This document shows, piece after piece, positions 28,356 to 41,954 of a DNA stretch of 64,000 bases. The translations under genes were made by a program, and so were the position numbers. A model generated the notes under the pieces. It saw only the letters and a list, made by a program, of their open reading frames with translations. It was not told where the DNA came from and searched no databases. The first letter of the stretch is position 1. Each line of letters opens with the position of its first letter. This DNA comes from Octopus vulgaris (Eukaryota): positions 43,958,001 to 44,022,000 of the forward strand of contig OX597829.1 in the NCBI GenBank assembly GCA_951406725.2. The letters are read 5' to 3'.

Positions 28356-29467
28356 ACCCCTAGACAATAAATATGCTTTATGCTTTTAGTATGAATCTAT
28401 GTCCTGGAGACTTGTTAGGACCATTATTTGACTGATGACACTCGCGTCCTAAAACTAGCGTCCTAAAACGGTCATCTTACCTCTAGACAATACACTAACT
28501 CTTGGAATATCACCATTGGAAGATTTTTGTCTCCTTGAGATTTATCTCACCTTTTTATATGGAACAATTCACAGTTACAATTCATTAACTGACATACTAT
28601 TCAGAGGCAGAGATAATTTTATTATTTCAAGAATTTATTCTGATGGAACTTGACATGTCTATGTTATATATATATATATATATACCACTATATATATCAT
28701 TGGTAACATAGAGGTAATTTCTTTAGCAGAGTGGTTTAAGAAGCTCATTTTGTCATCAATTGGTTGCGGGCTTCGTCTCGCTGCATCGCACCTTTGGTCG
28801 ATCAATTATTTGTAAGTGAATTTAGTACACGAAAACTGTGTAGGAAGCCGTGATATTTAGATAATTACGGCCAAGATGGGGTAGCGCCTTGCAAGGATTA
28901 CTCTTTCTTATTTTTTTAAAACCCTGGTACATATATTGCTGGACCGATCAGTTACTGGAATGTAAACGAATCATCACCGGCTGTCGAGCGATGGGTTGGG
29001 GTTGGGGGTGAAAAACACAAGCACAAAGGGATATGTACATATACAAAAGCACGTATATTATTTTTATTCCTTTAACTTGATACAGTCATTTGACTGCATG
29101 TTTTTCTTTTAGTCGTAGAAATCGACCCGCAAGGATTACTGTTTGTAAGCCTAATACTTAATCTATCGGTCTCTTATGCCGAACCACTACATTACGGGGC
29201 CGTAAACATACCAAAATCAGTTGTCAAGTGATGAGGTGGGGATAAACACAGACACAGGAACATGCATGCACTTGTATATATATAGATATATATATGTATG
29301 TATGTATGTATGTATACCTGCTTGTTGTTTATACACCTGTCTACATTTTTTTTTATTTTTCTGTAAATTTCAACTATATAAATATTTGTGTTCCTCTGTC
29401 TGTGTTGTCGCCACCCCTATCGCTTGCGATACCTTCATATATACATATATACATATACATACATACA

Positions 29468-29501
<34 letters not shown>

Positions 29502-29539
29502 GATAGATAGACAGATAGACAGACGGAAGACAGACAGGC

Positions 29540-29599
<60 letters not shown>

Positions 29600-29604
29600 G
29601 GATG

Positions 29605-29736
<132 letters not shown>

Positions 29737-29827
29737 TCAGATGGATAAGGTACTTAAGTTGAGGCACCAGAATTTAGTACGGTATTATCTATACAATTTC
29801 AAAATAAGTTGATTAAAATCAAAATAA

Positions 29828-30069
29828 ACAACGAGGAAATCCAGAGATAATGCAGTACGATCGTTTCATGCGACTCCATTTAATTGAACAATGCAATCAT
29901 TTCATTACATCAATTTCAAATGTAGTGCAATCTTCTATGCCTTCTATATCTTTGTGCAGCTGAAGATTGCTCAACATTTTAAATTCATGTAATGAAATGA
30001 TTGCATTGTTCAATTAAATGGAGTCGCATGAAACGATCGTACTGCATTACCTCTGGTTATCCTTGTTGT
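29828..30069. repeat. ~240-bp palindrome (arms ~110 bp), MITE-like or Penelope-derived
   Basis: TAATGCAGTACGATCGTTTCATGCGACTCCATTTAATTGAACAATGCAATCATTTCATTACAT has an exact reverse complement at ~29987-30049. Confidence 0.9.
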
Positions 30070-30705
30070 CTATATATTTATATATATATATATATATATA
30101 TTGCACACACATCACGCATATGTAAGAGCTCCGGTAGTTTATGTAAGGCATTATTTATGTATTTACTTTACTTTTTGTCCTATTCATCTTAATTGTATCA
30201 GAAACTGACTCTGTCTATCAGTTATTCATTCTATGGCTATAATAAAATGTCCTTCTCTTACCAAAAACATTCCAGCCGTGGCCATTCCATTTAAGTAGTC
30301 ATATATCGAGTTTTACACTATCTAATACATCTTTCTTTTAGTAGTATGTTATCTGGGATAAATTGGGTTTCTCATTCTAACATGTCGAACAACCACATGG
30401 CGGCCATATCACTGCTTGTTATTTTTCGTCCAGTTGCATGCAATGAGAGAAAAAAAAATACAGAAAAAAAACGTTTATCTTTCATTTTTTTTTACATATA
30501 TTATTTATTTATATATTATTTATTTATTTATTTATTGTTAACATTCCTTAAATTTCCCCTACACGTTCATTTGTAACTTGTACATTCCAGTATAATCACA
30601 TTTAGATACTGGAAGACAGTTCTGAATTAATAACATTTTGCGCGTCTCTACTTTTCGGTGTTTACTTTTGCGACTTTTGTTTCCTTCTCATTTTTCTGTT
30701 CTTCT

Positions 30706-30819
<114 letters not shown>

Positions 30820-31386
30820 GTTTTTTTTTTCTCTTCGCCCTTTTCTCTCTCTCTTTCCTGAAATCTGTTAATTTCATTAAATATGCACCACAGAAAATAT
30901 TTACTTGGGGGGAATGGAAGAGGTATGATGCCATTAATGCTTACACCAATTATATTTTCGTTCTATCTTATATAAAGTCTCTTAAGCCTTTTTCTTTCAT
31001 ACTTTGTAAACGTGTTTTGTCTTCATTTTTTGTTTTCACACTCCAGCGTTACCCTTGCTTCCTTTCCTAAACCTCAAGTGAAAGTTTCGCATTTTTCGTA
31101 ATACCTATACATACACGTATGTATGTATGCATGTGTGTGTATGTGAGAGTTTATATGAATGTATGAATGCATGTGTATGTACATGTCTGCACGAATGTAT
31201 GTATTTGTATGAATAAGAAAATGATTATATACATACATACATATATACATACAAGACTAATCAGCCGAAATTGCGAAGATGATCCGGTTCTTGACTGAAG
31301 ATTGAAGGCTTCGAATGTCCCGTCCGTGTTTTTTGTGTCGTCTTCTAATTGATTCACGTTCTTGTCCCAGTTTGTATACTTTTTAC

Positions 31387-31453
<67 letters not shown>

Positions 31454-31589
31454 CGTATGTATGTATGTATGTATGTATGTATGTATGTATGTATGTATGT
31501 ATGTATGTATTGTTCAAAGGATTGTGGGTAAGGCCAAAACAATGCGAAGTAAATGCAAGATAAATCAAAAGAAAACAAATATGTGAATT

Positions 31590-32315
31590 AATGTAGACTT
31601 ACATTTTATACAATATTTCGGGGTTATGACTCCATTTTCAAGAAATTGACGATTGTTGCCGATGTGCGTGTGTGTGAGCGTGTGTGTAAGTGTGTGTGGA
31701 GCGGACATGGGCGGAGAGGTGTTGCTATAGCAACCAGCTAGCTTCCTGTATAACTATTTTCTATTGTTGATCTGATGTTTCTTTTGGTGTATGAGGATGG
31801 CCTCAGATATTCTAAGGTTGCTTCTGTTCCGCTGTGTTGCCTTGATGTGCACCGTGTCTCGACATACAGATAGTGCACACCGACCCATCTCTGAGAAAAG
31901 CTCTGTCCATTAACAACACCTCTCACTACTCCAAGGTGTGCACATTATCGAACTGCCCCATCAATGACCCTGAATTGTGCCAGAGGACTTATGTCCTATA
32001 TGAGATCATCTATGGCAAATGTAGCGCATCATACATAGGAAGCACGACAAGAAAACTGCATTTACGCATTAAGGAACACACGCAAGCAAACACTTCCGTG
32101 AAGAAACATCTACGGAAATGCCAGATCCAGGAATTCACAGTGCGCATCAAAGCAACGCAGTGGAACAGGGGTAACCTTAGAATTTCTGAGGCCATCCTCA
32201 TACACCAAAATAAACCTAAAATCAACAATAGAAAAGAGTTATATAGAAAGCTAGCTGGTTGTGATAGCAACACCTCTCCGAGCATGTCCACTCCACACAC
32301 GCTCACACGCTCACG
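31590..32315 (+). mobile_element. Penelope-like element 3' portion (GIY-YIG endonuclease) with an inverted terminal copy
   Basis: ORF 31873-: VLYEIIYGKCSASYIGSTTRKLHLRIKEH...SVKKH...LRISEAILIHQNKPKINN; 31665-31855 is the reverse complement of ~32139-32314. Confidence 0.88.
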
Positions 32316-32416
32316 TGGTGCTCCAACATGGCTGCAGTCAAATGAATGAAACAAGTAAAAAAATAAAACAATAAAAGAATAGACAGACACACACACAGAC
32401 ACACACAAACACACGC

Positions 32417-32447
<31 letters not shown>

Positions 32448-32454
32448 CATATAA

Positions 32455-32682
32455 ACTATTGAACCTTGGGAGGGGCATTATGCCGGTAATAATAAACACA
32501 CGCACTGGTTCGGTCCTTATTGTTTTTTACTAGTTTTTTCAAACTGATATGTCAAACAGTTAATCGAATCAGTGCGTGTGTATATTATTACCGGTATAAT
32601 GCCCCTCCCAATGTGCAATAGTATTTCTCACAACAAACGAATTCACATCAAGAATCTTGCAAACCAAATACAAATACGAACT
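32455..32682. repeat. Hairpin (32455-32622) followed by a conserved one-sided tail
   Basis: TTGGGAGGGGCATTATGCCGGTAATAATA pairs with TATTATTACCGGTATAATGCCCCTCCCAA; the tail ACGAATTCACATCAAGAATCTTGCAAACCAAATAC is shared with 53525-53575. Confidence 0.8.
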
Positions 32683-32799
32683 ATATACATACATATATAC
32701 TAGACTTACTACCCATCCTTTCCCGGTAAAGTGTTCACGGAATTGTTTGCCAGTTTGTAGAATGGAAATTCACGGTACTTAAGCATATATATATATATA

Positions 32800-33178
32800 T
32801 CTCTATATAAACGGCAGTTTGTCTGTGCGTGTTTCTGTGTGTCTGTTTTCTTGTACCCTCACCCTGACCACGGCTTTCAACCGATTCTGATGAAACTTGA
32901 CACACACATAGCCCAATGTCATAATTCAAAACTAACGCAGCGAAAATTTTGAAAAGTTCCCCCAGTTCTGAAAAAATCGATAAATTCGACATGGGGTCGA
33001 GAATCAGAAACCCAAACCACAGACCGTCTAGGGGACGCAACTCCACCTTTTTAACTCTCAAAAAAAATTTACCATAATTTTTTTTCCATTTTTTTGCTAT
33101 TTTTTGGCTATAACTCTCTAAAAATGCTTTATAGTTATTTCCCTTACAAACCTGAGCAACGCCGGGCGATACTGCTAG
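32800..33178 (+). mobile_element. Non-autonomous Helitron
   Basis: 5' TCTCTATATAAA after A; 3' hairpin CCTGAGCAACGCCGGG ~9 nt before terminal CTAG followed by T; no TIRs. Confidence 0.85.
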
Positions 33179-33375
33179 TATATATATATATATATAACCT
33201 AACTTCTGGACTTATTTAATTAGAACTATCCAAACAATAGTAATCAATTTAAATGAGTAGAAGCCATTTTTTTTCACAATTTTTTTCCTGAAAATCACTT
33301 GTTACTTTTATTTTAAAGTGAGAGGAGAAAGTGAAAGAAGTATGAACGTGTATATGAAATGGACGTGTAGGTGCT

Positions 33376-33438
<63 letters not shown>

Positions 33439-33674
33439 ATGTACCACTTTCGCATACATGAGAATACATACGATCACTCACTAACACACACACACACATA
33501 CACACACACACACACACACACAATATATATATATCTCTCTCTCTTTCTCTGTCACACACAGATGCACACGTACATACAAAAAAGATGTACGCGTATGTTA
33601 TGATGTATGTACGTATACAGGACAACACACCCTTCACTCACCCTATTTCTCTTTTTTCTCTCTTTCTCTCCCTC

Positions 33675-33715
<41 letters not shown>

Positions 33716-34852
33716 CATTATATATACACGTACATAAATCTTTCGTTTTCTCCTCTCTTTCACCTTAAAACAAAAGTAATTAAATTAAAAAATATTTACG
33801 GAAATTAACGAACTCCGGATAATGAAATCACATTCAGTTAGAAATATTTCTAAATGATTAAAATATTGTGTATGTCAAAAGTCAACGGTTTTCTTTTTTC
33901 TTAGAGTGGGCGAAGACAATGTGTGTGTATATGTCAGAGATAGTGAAAGTATGTTTGCGTTGATTGACACGCCATGACATTCATTATATATATGTGCGTA
34001 TTCTCTATATGTGAATGTGTGTTGATGTCAAGGAAGCCATGTATTTTTTTTATCAATAAATAACAAAAATTGTGTTTAATCGTTTAAATAAAGGTTTCAA
34101 ATGTCACGAAAATTTTGTACAGCACTGCCGAAGATAAGTATGAAAATAAATATGTAAAAAAAAATAAAGATAAAATATACTAATTTTGAGATATTTAAGT
34201 TACACACAAACATTCCTAGAGTTTTAGTATTATCAAGATTTGTTTATTTGAATTAGAATCTTTACCTCGGAAAGGAGATAGTAATATTGATAAGAAGTGC
34301 ATCTCTTAGACTTTTGACCGTTACATCACATCACAATTCGAAGGATATGCGTTTGCAATCTAAGTATTTCGTATAATTTCCCGCCCCTATCAAAAGAATA
34401 AAGGCGATGATCAATAATTTTATAGCAAAATACAAGCCAAAATGACCAACACATAGAGAGAAGAGAGGCAGCATGGAGTGAATTTTTTAACACTTATGAA
34501 TCAACGATGATTTTTTTTAAAAAACTATAATGTATTCTCGTGATTATTTGTTGCCTACAGCAAAGCGTGTGTTAATGTATTTAGGGGTGATATTGTTTCA
34601 AACTATAGGACTAATAAATAAATAAATTAATTAATTAATTAATTAATAAACATTTAAAAATCTTTTACAAAAGAAGTTGCAATAGAAAACTTTTGTGTCT
34701 ACATTATAAATGTAAAGACATTGTGTTCTTGAGCAGTACACTCCATTTAACATTGCTCCAGTTAAATGAGCGCGTACCGATGCTTGGCGCAGCCCCTTCT
34801 CTCTCTCTCTCACTCTCTCTTTCTTTCTCTCTCTCTCTCTCTCTTTCTCTCA

Positions 34853-34903
<51 letters not shown>

Positions 34904-35039
34904 CCTCATCCTTCTGTCTCTCACAAGTTGTCAAATCCTGGATCGGAGCGACGAGAGAGTGTCACTCCATTGGCTACCATGTGTATACCTAGAAGAATTA
35001 GCGATAGTATGTTACAAGCTACCAAATTATACACATAAT

Positions 35040-36050
35040 TATTTTGTATCCGAAGTCATCATCACTGCGATATTGGTTCTCAGTCAAGTAGTTTATCATG
35101 TCGGGAAACAGATTATAGTCAGATGGGGCCTAACTAGGAGAGTAAGGAGGCTGATCAACCAGTTCAAAGCAAGACACACACCACAGCCATTGAAATCCAA
35201 GACGTGTGTACTAGCGCATTGTCCTGATGAAACAAGACCCCTTTTCATTTAGTCTTTCTGGTAGTTAAGTCTTGATAGCCTTTAGTAACTACCACATCAC
35301 GAAGTCATAGTACAATTCATTGATGGCGTGGCGCTTTGTCTGCAGATGAAACAATCTCGTCCTTCTTTGGAGCAGATGAAGAGGAGTGTTTCTATTGCAT
35401 GGATTGTCTCTTTGTTTCTAGCTCAATGTTATGAAGCCAACACTCATCTTGGGTTAGAAAAAATTTTTAAAAACCAGCTGGATGTGCCTAAAATAATGTC
35501 AGGTTTTCTAATCATGCGATCAGTCCGGTGCGCTTTTGATCAGGTGTCAGAAGATGTGGTACCCGCAGAGCAGAATCTTCGTCATGCCAAGTTTCTTGTG
35601 CAGAATATTCTCAACACTTTCAAGAGATATGCTATAACCATGGCTATTTGATTTAAGCCAATTGCCTCTCATTCATCAGAATGTGGTTAATACGATTAAT
35701 GCTTTCAATGTGGTGGTAGTTGTAGGACGTTCAAAACGTGGGTCATCTTCAAGCTTCTCCCTCGCAAATTCTTTAATTCAGCTGTCCGCTTTTGCAATAT
35801 CGATAATGCTGGTGCGTGCGTCATGTAGCAACCATGTTAGCATGAATATCCTTGAAGTCTAAACTCATTTTCAGCAGGTACTTGATAATACCGCGATGCC
35901 AAATTTTCTCCATTATCAAGAGAGAGAATGCGTATTCTTCAAGTGTTCCTTAAGGAGACAGATATCAGTTTACCTGGTCAGAAACAATGCAATTATTAAT
36001 AAGAAGGATTGAAATAACGGCATGCAAAATTTCACAGCCCTAGCATTATT
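35040..36050 (-). pseudogene. Degenerate near-full-length mariner transposase
   Basis: Minus strand begins MEKIG...RGIIKYL (~35915) and ends DQPPYSPS*APSDYNLFP...QYRSDDD (~35050-35160); many stops and frameshifts. Confidence 0.8.
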
Positions 36051-36137
36051 CCTTCATAGTCAGCGTGTGAACTTTTCAGCGTACTTTTGTATATGTGTGT
36101 GTATATGCTTGTGTGTGCGTTCATGTAAGCAATAAGC

Positions 36138-36198
<61 letters not shown>

Positions 36199-36419
36199 TG
36201 TGTGTGACGTGTAAATATAAACATTATATTCATACAAAAACACATACATACACACTCATCAAAATACAAACACAAGTGCAGGTGTGGCTGTGTGGTAAGA
36301 AGCTTGCTTCTCAACTACATGATTCCGGGTTCAGTACCAATGCGTGACACCTTGGGCAAGTGAACCGAGTGTAAAACGCTCAAAATAACCGAGTGTGAAA
36401 CGTTTAAAATAACAAAAAG

Positions 36420-37290
36420 GGTATGTATTCATGGGTATGTTTCATGAAGACTTGAAGAAGGCAGTAATATTGTTAAGGTGTACTGCATCTCTTGGACTTG
36501 TGACCACTACACCAAAATTCGAAGGTCATTCGTTTGTAATCCAAGAACAGGAGATTGCTAAAAAAAAAAAAATAATAATAGTAAACAAAAGTGACAGTAG
36601 AGTCATTGGCTCCAAACGTGCAACCGAAAATGTCGATTATGCCACATTTCTGTGGAAGAAATCACACGTGATTAGTACCTGCTCAAAAACGTCATCAAGA
36701 TACTACATCCCGACGCGAAACGATATTGTCGCCAAAGCAATATACAATGCCTCTTGTAAAAAAAAAAAAGGCTGTCCTGGAATAAATATAGAGAATTCTG
36801 CTGTGATTGAATGCATAAGCATACATCAACACAAAAAATATAGTTGAGACATTCCATTAAAGCTTTTATCAGGCCGGATATTGTTTTTTCGGATAAAAGA
36901 AGAAAAGCATGTATCGTTATGGAAATCAACTGCCCTGCTGATGTGAATATCTCATTGAAAATCAAAGAGAAAGAGGATAACTACAGACAACTGCTTCGAA
37001 ATTTTTAGTTATAAAAGAGATTATTTATAAATTCATAATTAAATCAAACAATAATTAGTGCGCTTGGCTTTCTAAATACCGAAGTGACATTCTAGATAAG
37101 CTAGGGTTTTCAGAAAAAGAAATCAACCATCTTATATGAACATTTCAAATATGATCTGTAAGTGGAACAGTAAAAATAGGCAAGACTTTTCCCAAGTTCA
37201 AAAAATGAATTTGTTTCTTTATCTATATTCCAACGAAGGAGCTTTTTTCTCTTTGTTAAAAATCAGGTCCTTCTGCAAATGAAGACATCA
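36420..37290 (+). pseudogene. 5'-truncated R4/Dong-clade RLE LINE (3' portion)
   Basis: FEGHSFVIQEQEIA, HVISTCSKTSSRYYIPTRNDIVAKAIY and RPDIVF..K..IVMEINCPAD; homologous to 39580-40450. Confidence 0.85.
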
Positions 37291-37310
37291 AACAAGGAAA
37301 AATCAAAGAG

Positions 37311-37392
<82 letters not shown>

Positions 37393-37564
37393 CACACACA
37401 CACACACTTACACTCACAATTACAGACAGACATGCAAACATACATACATAGTTTCACACATACACATACATACGTACGTAGATACATACATACATACATA
37501 CATACATACATACATACATACATAAATACATACATACATACATATACGAAGCATACTTACATAC

Positions 37565-40480
37565 GTAAGTCCGTTTCGAACGTTTAAAAAGTCTGTTTTG
37601 AAAGCCTGTCACTAGAAATAAGCCAACTTCTCCAGCTTAAATCGGCAACTGGTTTATTTCTTGAATCATTAATAAGAGAAACACCTTTTACTTATCAACA
37701 TAGCGCTATCCTGAATAGTTTTTAAAATATACTTCTCCACAACGTGGAATCTCGCTAACACGATTATGGCTGAAACTAACACCACCACAGATGAAACTCA
37801 CAACGTCACCATTCGATGAAAACAGAACCACTTCACCAGTAAGTTATTTAAGAAGACGTAAGTACTCTTCTGATTTTACTTGGACTCAACAACTAAATCA
37901 AGATTTACCTCGGTGCTATGAAAAAGCCCGAGATGACCCTTCAACAGGATACATGAAGTGGTTAAAACAATACGGGGACGAAGCTCATACCAACTTAAAT
38001 ACCTTCACGACGAAATAGCTCAGACAACAAGCATCTTTTGTAGAAAAACAAATCAACTGAGAATGGGCCAAAATCTGCCAGATGCGGCGTAAAAAATGAT
38101 GTAAGCAAACCATTGCTCCCACCATTGTTAAATTCGATTGTGTCCAAATTTAGTTGACTCAATAAGGAAGACTGCGGAATACATCTAACTCAAAAATATT
38201 TTTAAATTACAATTTGAAAAACATTTTGCTACTTTCTCGAAGCTTTCGTTGAGTAATAGAACTATTTCCAACAAGAGTGAGGAAAAATCCAACCGATCTA
38301 ATGCTTAAAGTTATCAACGATGTCATTGGAGAACACATGGAATCATGCGATGATAATTACTGGAATATAAATACAGTCGAACAACATTGTGACTGATGAC
38401 CAGGTTGGTGGAAAGAAGGGAGTGTGGGGGACGTGCCGAACAACTTTTAATAAACAAAGCTGTACAGTCTGAAGTAAGAAAACAACGTAGAAACCTTGTG
38501 ACAGTATGGCTCGACTTTAGGAAGGCATTCGACTCTATCCTTCATTCATGGCTGTTGAAGTGCTTTCATCTGGCAAAAGTATCTACTACCTTAACTGTTG
38601 CTATAGAGAGACTCAGAAAAGCATGGACAACGATTCTCATCCTTACAACTGAGAACATAATAATTGTTTCTAATAGTATAGGCATTTCAAAGGGAATATT
38701 CCAAGGAGATAGCCTTTCTGTACTTCTTTTCATTTTGATATTGAATCCATTATCTTTCCTACTTCAGAAAACAAATGGTTTCATGCTAGGATCTTCAACT
38801 GCTAGAAATATCAATGTAACTGGTAATCTCTTTGTAGACAACCTGAAGATTTGTGTTAAAAGTAATGCCAAAAACTAACCGGAATTAATAACAACATTTT
38901 CAGCTGACATAGGCATTGAATTTGGCCAAAAGAAATGTTCATATTTCGCTACAGAACGAGGAAATTCAACCCCACCAAACCCCAAACCTGTGCATCAACG
39001 GTCTCTCTATTTCCCCCATTCCACACAAAGAATGTTACAAGTACCTAGACGTAGACGAAAATGTATCATATGAAGGCACAGTGAATAAAGATAGAATGAC
39101 CCGAGAATATTACACCAGACTTAGGAAAATATGGCAGTCGGAACTCTCCTCTTACAACAAAACAATATCCCACAATGCATTTGCAGTATCAGTATTGACC
39201 CCAACATTTGGGATACTTGATTGGTCTGATGAGGAAATCCACGCCATAGATATCAAAATCCCGCAAAATCCTGACAACAACTGGGAACTTCCACAGAAAC
39301 AGTAATGTTAACAGGTTCTATGAAGGTGGTAGAGGGCTGAGATCAGTGCAGACAGCCTTCCAATGACATATGGTATCACTCAGGCTGTACCTGCTAAACA
39401 AGAGCGGCAAAAATAAATATATAAATGCAGAGCTGAAAAGTGAAGTGAGCAACATTGCACGAGTTGGCAGTGAGCTCCCCAAGAAGCACTCTTTTCCTGA
39501 TGATCTCCTATACAGCCCCAAAACAGTGGGTCTCTCTTATCGCAGAGAAGGCCTGGATGGAAAGCACTCAGCATACAAATAAGACTATGCATGGGTATGT
39601 TGCCCGGAAGCTTGAAGAAGACAGTAGAATGAACACGAAGCGCAGCCTCTCTTGGGCACAAAACCACTAAATCACATCACACTTTGAAGGATATGCGTTT
39701 GCAATACAAAAACAAGAGATTGCCACAAAGTACCTGGTGAACAAGAGAGAGACAATGATGCTCTTGTAATCCCAAGGTGGAACTGTATGTGTCGGCTATG
39801 TCATATTTCTGTGGAAGACATCACGCATGTGATTAGCAGCAGTCCTAAAATGTCATCACGGTACCACTTCCCTATGCGGCACGATGTTGTCGCTAAAACA
39901 ATTTACAATGCCATCCGCAAAACAGAAGGTCTTGAAATAAACTTTGAAAGTCCCTCTGTTATGGAATGCATTCATAAACACCAACTTAAGGAATACTGGT
40001 GGAATATTTCCTTCAAAACTTCTGTCAAATGCAAACATAACCGACCGGATATTGTTGTTTGAGACAGAGAGACAAAGGTATGTACCGTCATAGAGGTCAG
40101 CAGCCCTGCAGATATAAATATATCTTTGAAAATCTAAGATAAAGAGGATATCTATGGACAACTGCTTCGAAACCTCCAGCTTCTGTATTCAGATTAGGAA
40201 TCCATATTCATACCAATAATTGGAACACAAGGTTTTTGTTAGAAAATTCTAAAAGGAGAAGCTGGATAAACTGGGATTTTCAGAAAGATAAATCGACTGG
40301 CTAATTCGTACATTACAAGTGTTATCTGCGGGTGGAACAATAAAAATATGCAAGAATTTTCTCAAGTTCCAAACGTGTATTTGTCTGTGTTAACTACATC
40401 CCAAAGATGGAGTCTTGTATCTTTGTTGGAAACCGGCTCCGTACTCAGCGGAAGATTTAGGATAATTAAAAAATTTAAGA
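37565..40480 (+). pseudogene. Decayed, internally deleted R4/Dong-clade non-LTR retrotransposon (N-terminal domain, RT, zinc knuckle, RLE)
   Basis: FTWTQQLNQDLPRCYEKA..GYMK (N-terminus); WLDFRKAFDS, GIFQGDSLS, LFVDNLK, YKYL (RT); CRLC..EDITHVIS..RHD (knuckle); HNRPDIVV..IEVS (RLE); bounded by (CATA)n on both sides. Confidence 0.9.
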
Positions 40481-40494
40481 TACATACATAAATA

Positions 40495-41560
40495 TCGTGT
40501 GGTTGATGTTGAAATTCAAATGAAGGAGCCTTGGATCTAGGTTAGAAACCAGCTCTTTCTCTATTTGCAAGAAATTTTAAAGTAAAACTGAATAACGACA
40601 TAATTACATACATGCATGCAAACATACATACATTCAAAAATATCCCGTTGGTGTTGTTGAAATTCCAAGTTGTTTTGGATCTAGGCTAGGAATCGGCACT
40701 TTCTCTTTTGGCAAGAAATCTTGAAACAAAACTGAATAATGACATACATACATATACACATTTATACATACATACATACATACATACATACATACATACA
40801 TACATACATACATGCATACATACATGCATACATACATACATACATACATACATACATACATACATACATACATACATACATACATACATACATACATGCA
40901 TACATGCATGCATACATACATACATATATACATACATACATACATACATACATACATACATACATACATACATACATACACATACATACATACATACATA
41001 CATACATACATACATACATACATACATACATACATACATACATACACACACATACATACATACATACATACATACATACATACATACATACGTACATACA
41101 TAAATAAATACATACATACATACATACATACATACATACATACATACATACATACATACACATACATACATACATACATACATACATACATACATACATA
41201 CATACATACATACATACATACATACATAAATACATACATACATACATTCATACATACACATACATACATACATACATACATACATACATACATACATACA
41301 TACATACATACATACATACATACATACATACATACAAACATACATTCATGCATACATACACACACACACATACATACATACATACATACATACATACATA
41401 CATACATACATACATACATACATACATACATACATACATACATACGTACAATACGTTGTAGATGTTGAAATTCTAATGAGGGAGCTTTGGATCTTGGTTA
41501 GAAATCGGCCCCTTCTTTATTGGCGAGAAATTTTGAAACAAAACTGAATAATGATGTACA
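40495..41560 (+). mobile_element. Three ~105-bp short elements (40495-40600, 40640-40745, 41452-41560) embedded in a (CATA)n array
   Basis: Shared GTTGAAATTC...TTGGATCT(A/T)GG(T/C)TAG(A/G)AA...GCAAGAAAT...AAAACTGAATAA(C/T)GA. Confidence 0.85.
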
Positions 41561-41569
41561 GGCATATAA

Positions 41570-41765
41570 GGCACCGTCGGTTACGGGACGAAAGTTCCGG
41601 TTGATCGGATCAACGGAACTACTTGAAAAAATTAACGTGCAAATGGTTAAGCAATCGCCAGGCACGCGTATCTTTTACGTAGTTCTCAGGTAGATTCAGC
41701 ATGGCACGGAATGTGACAAACCTGGCCCCTTTGAAATACAGTTAGTACTCATTTTCGCTAACTGA
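41570..41765 (-). mobile_element. SINE fragment with tail type 1
   Basis: Matches 14735-14915 (CCGTCGGTTACG...CCCTTTGAAATACA). Confidence 0.75.
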
Positions 41766-41954
41766 GTAATCTGTGTGACCTTCTATTTTTGTGTTTAGGG
41801 TGATACCGCTTAAAAACCGCTTCTCTGTGTATATATCTCTTAATATAGCGTTTCAGAGAATCACAATTCGATAAGACTCAAACATCAGTACGGGAGCATA
41901 TATGAACGAGTACAGCCCTTTAAGGATAGATATACATTTTGTATTTTATTTTCT

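Noticed and set aside
31255-31375. CTGAAGA...CGAA motif (related copy at ~17395-17500) as a hammerhead
   Set aside because: It lacks GAAA and consistent stems I and III; treated only as a dispersed repeat.
40634-41468. MYVC/HTYI repeat ORFs here and the many YI/CV/HT ORFs elsewhere
   Set aside because: Stop-free translations of (TACA)n, (TA)n and (TG)n.
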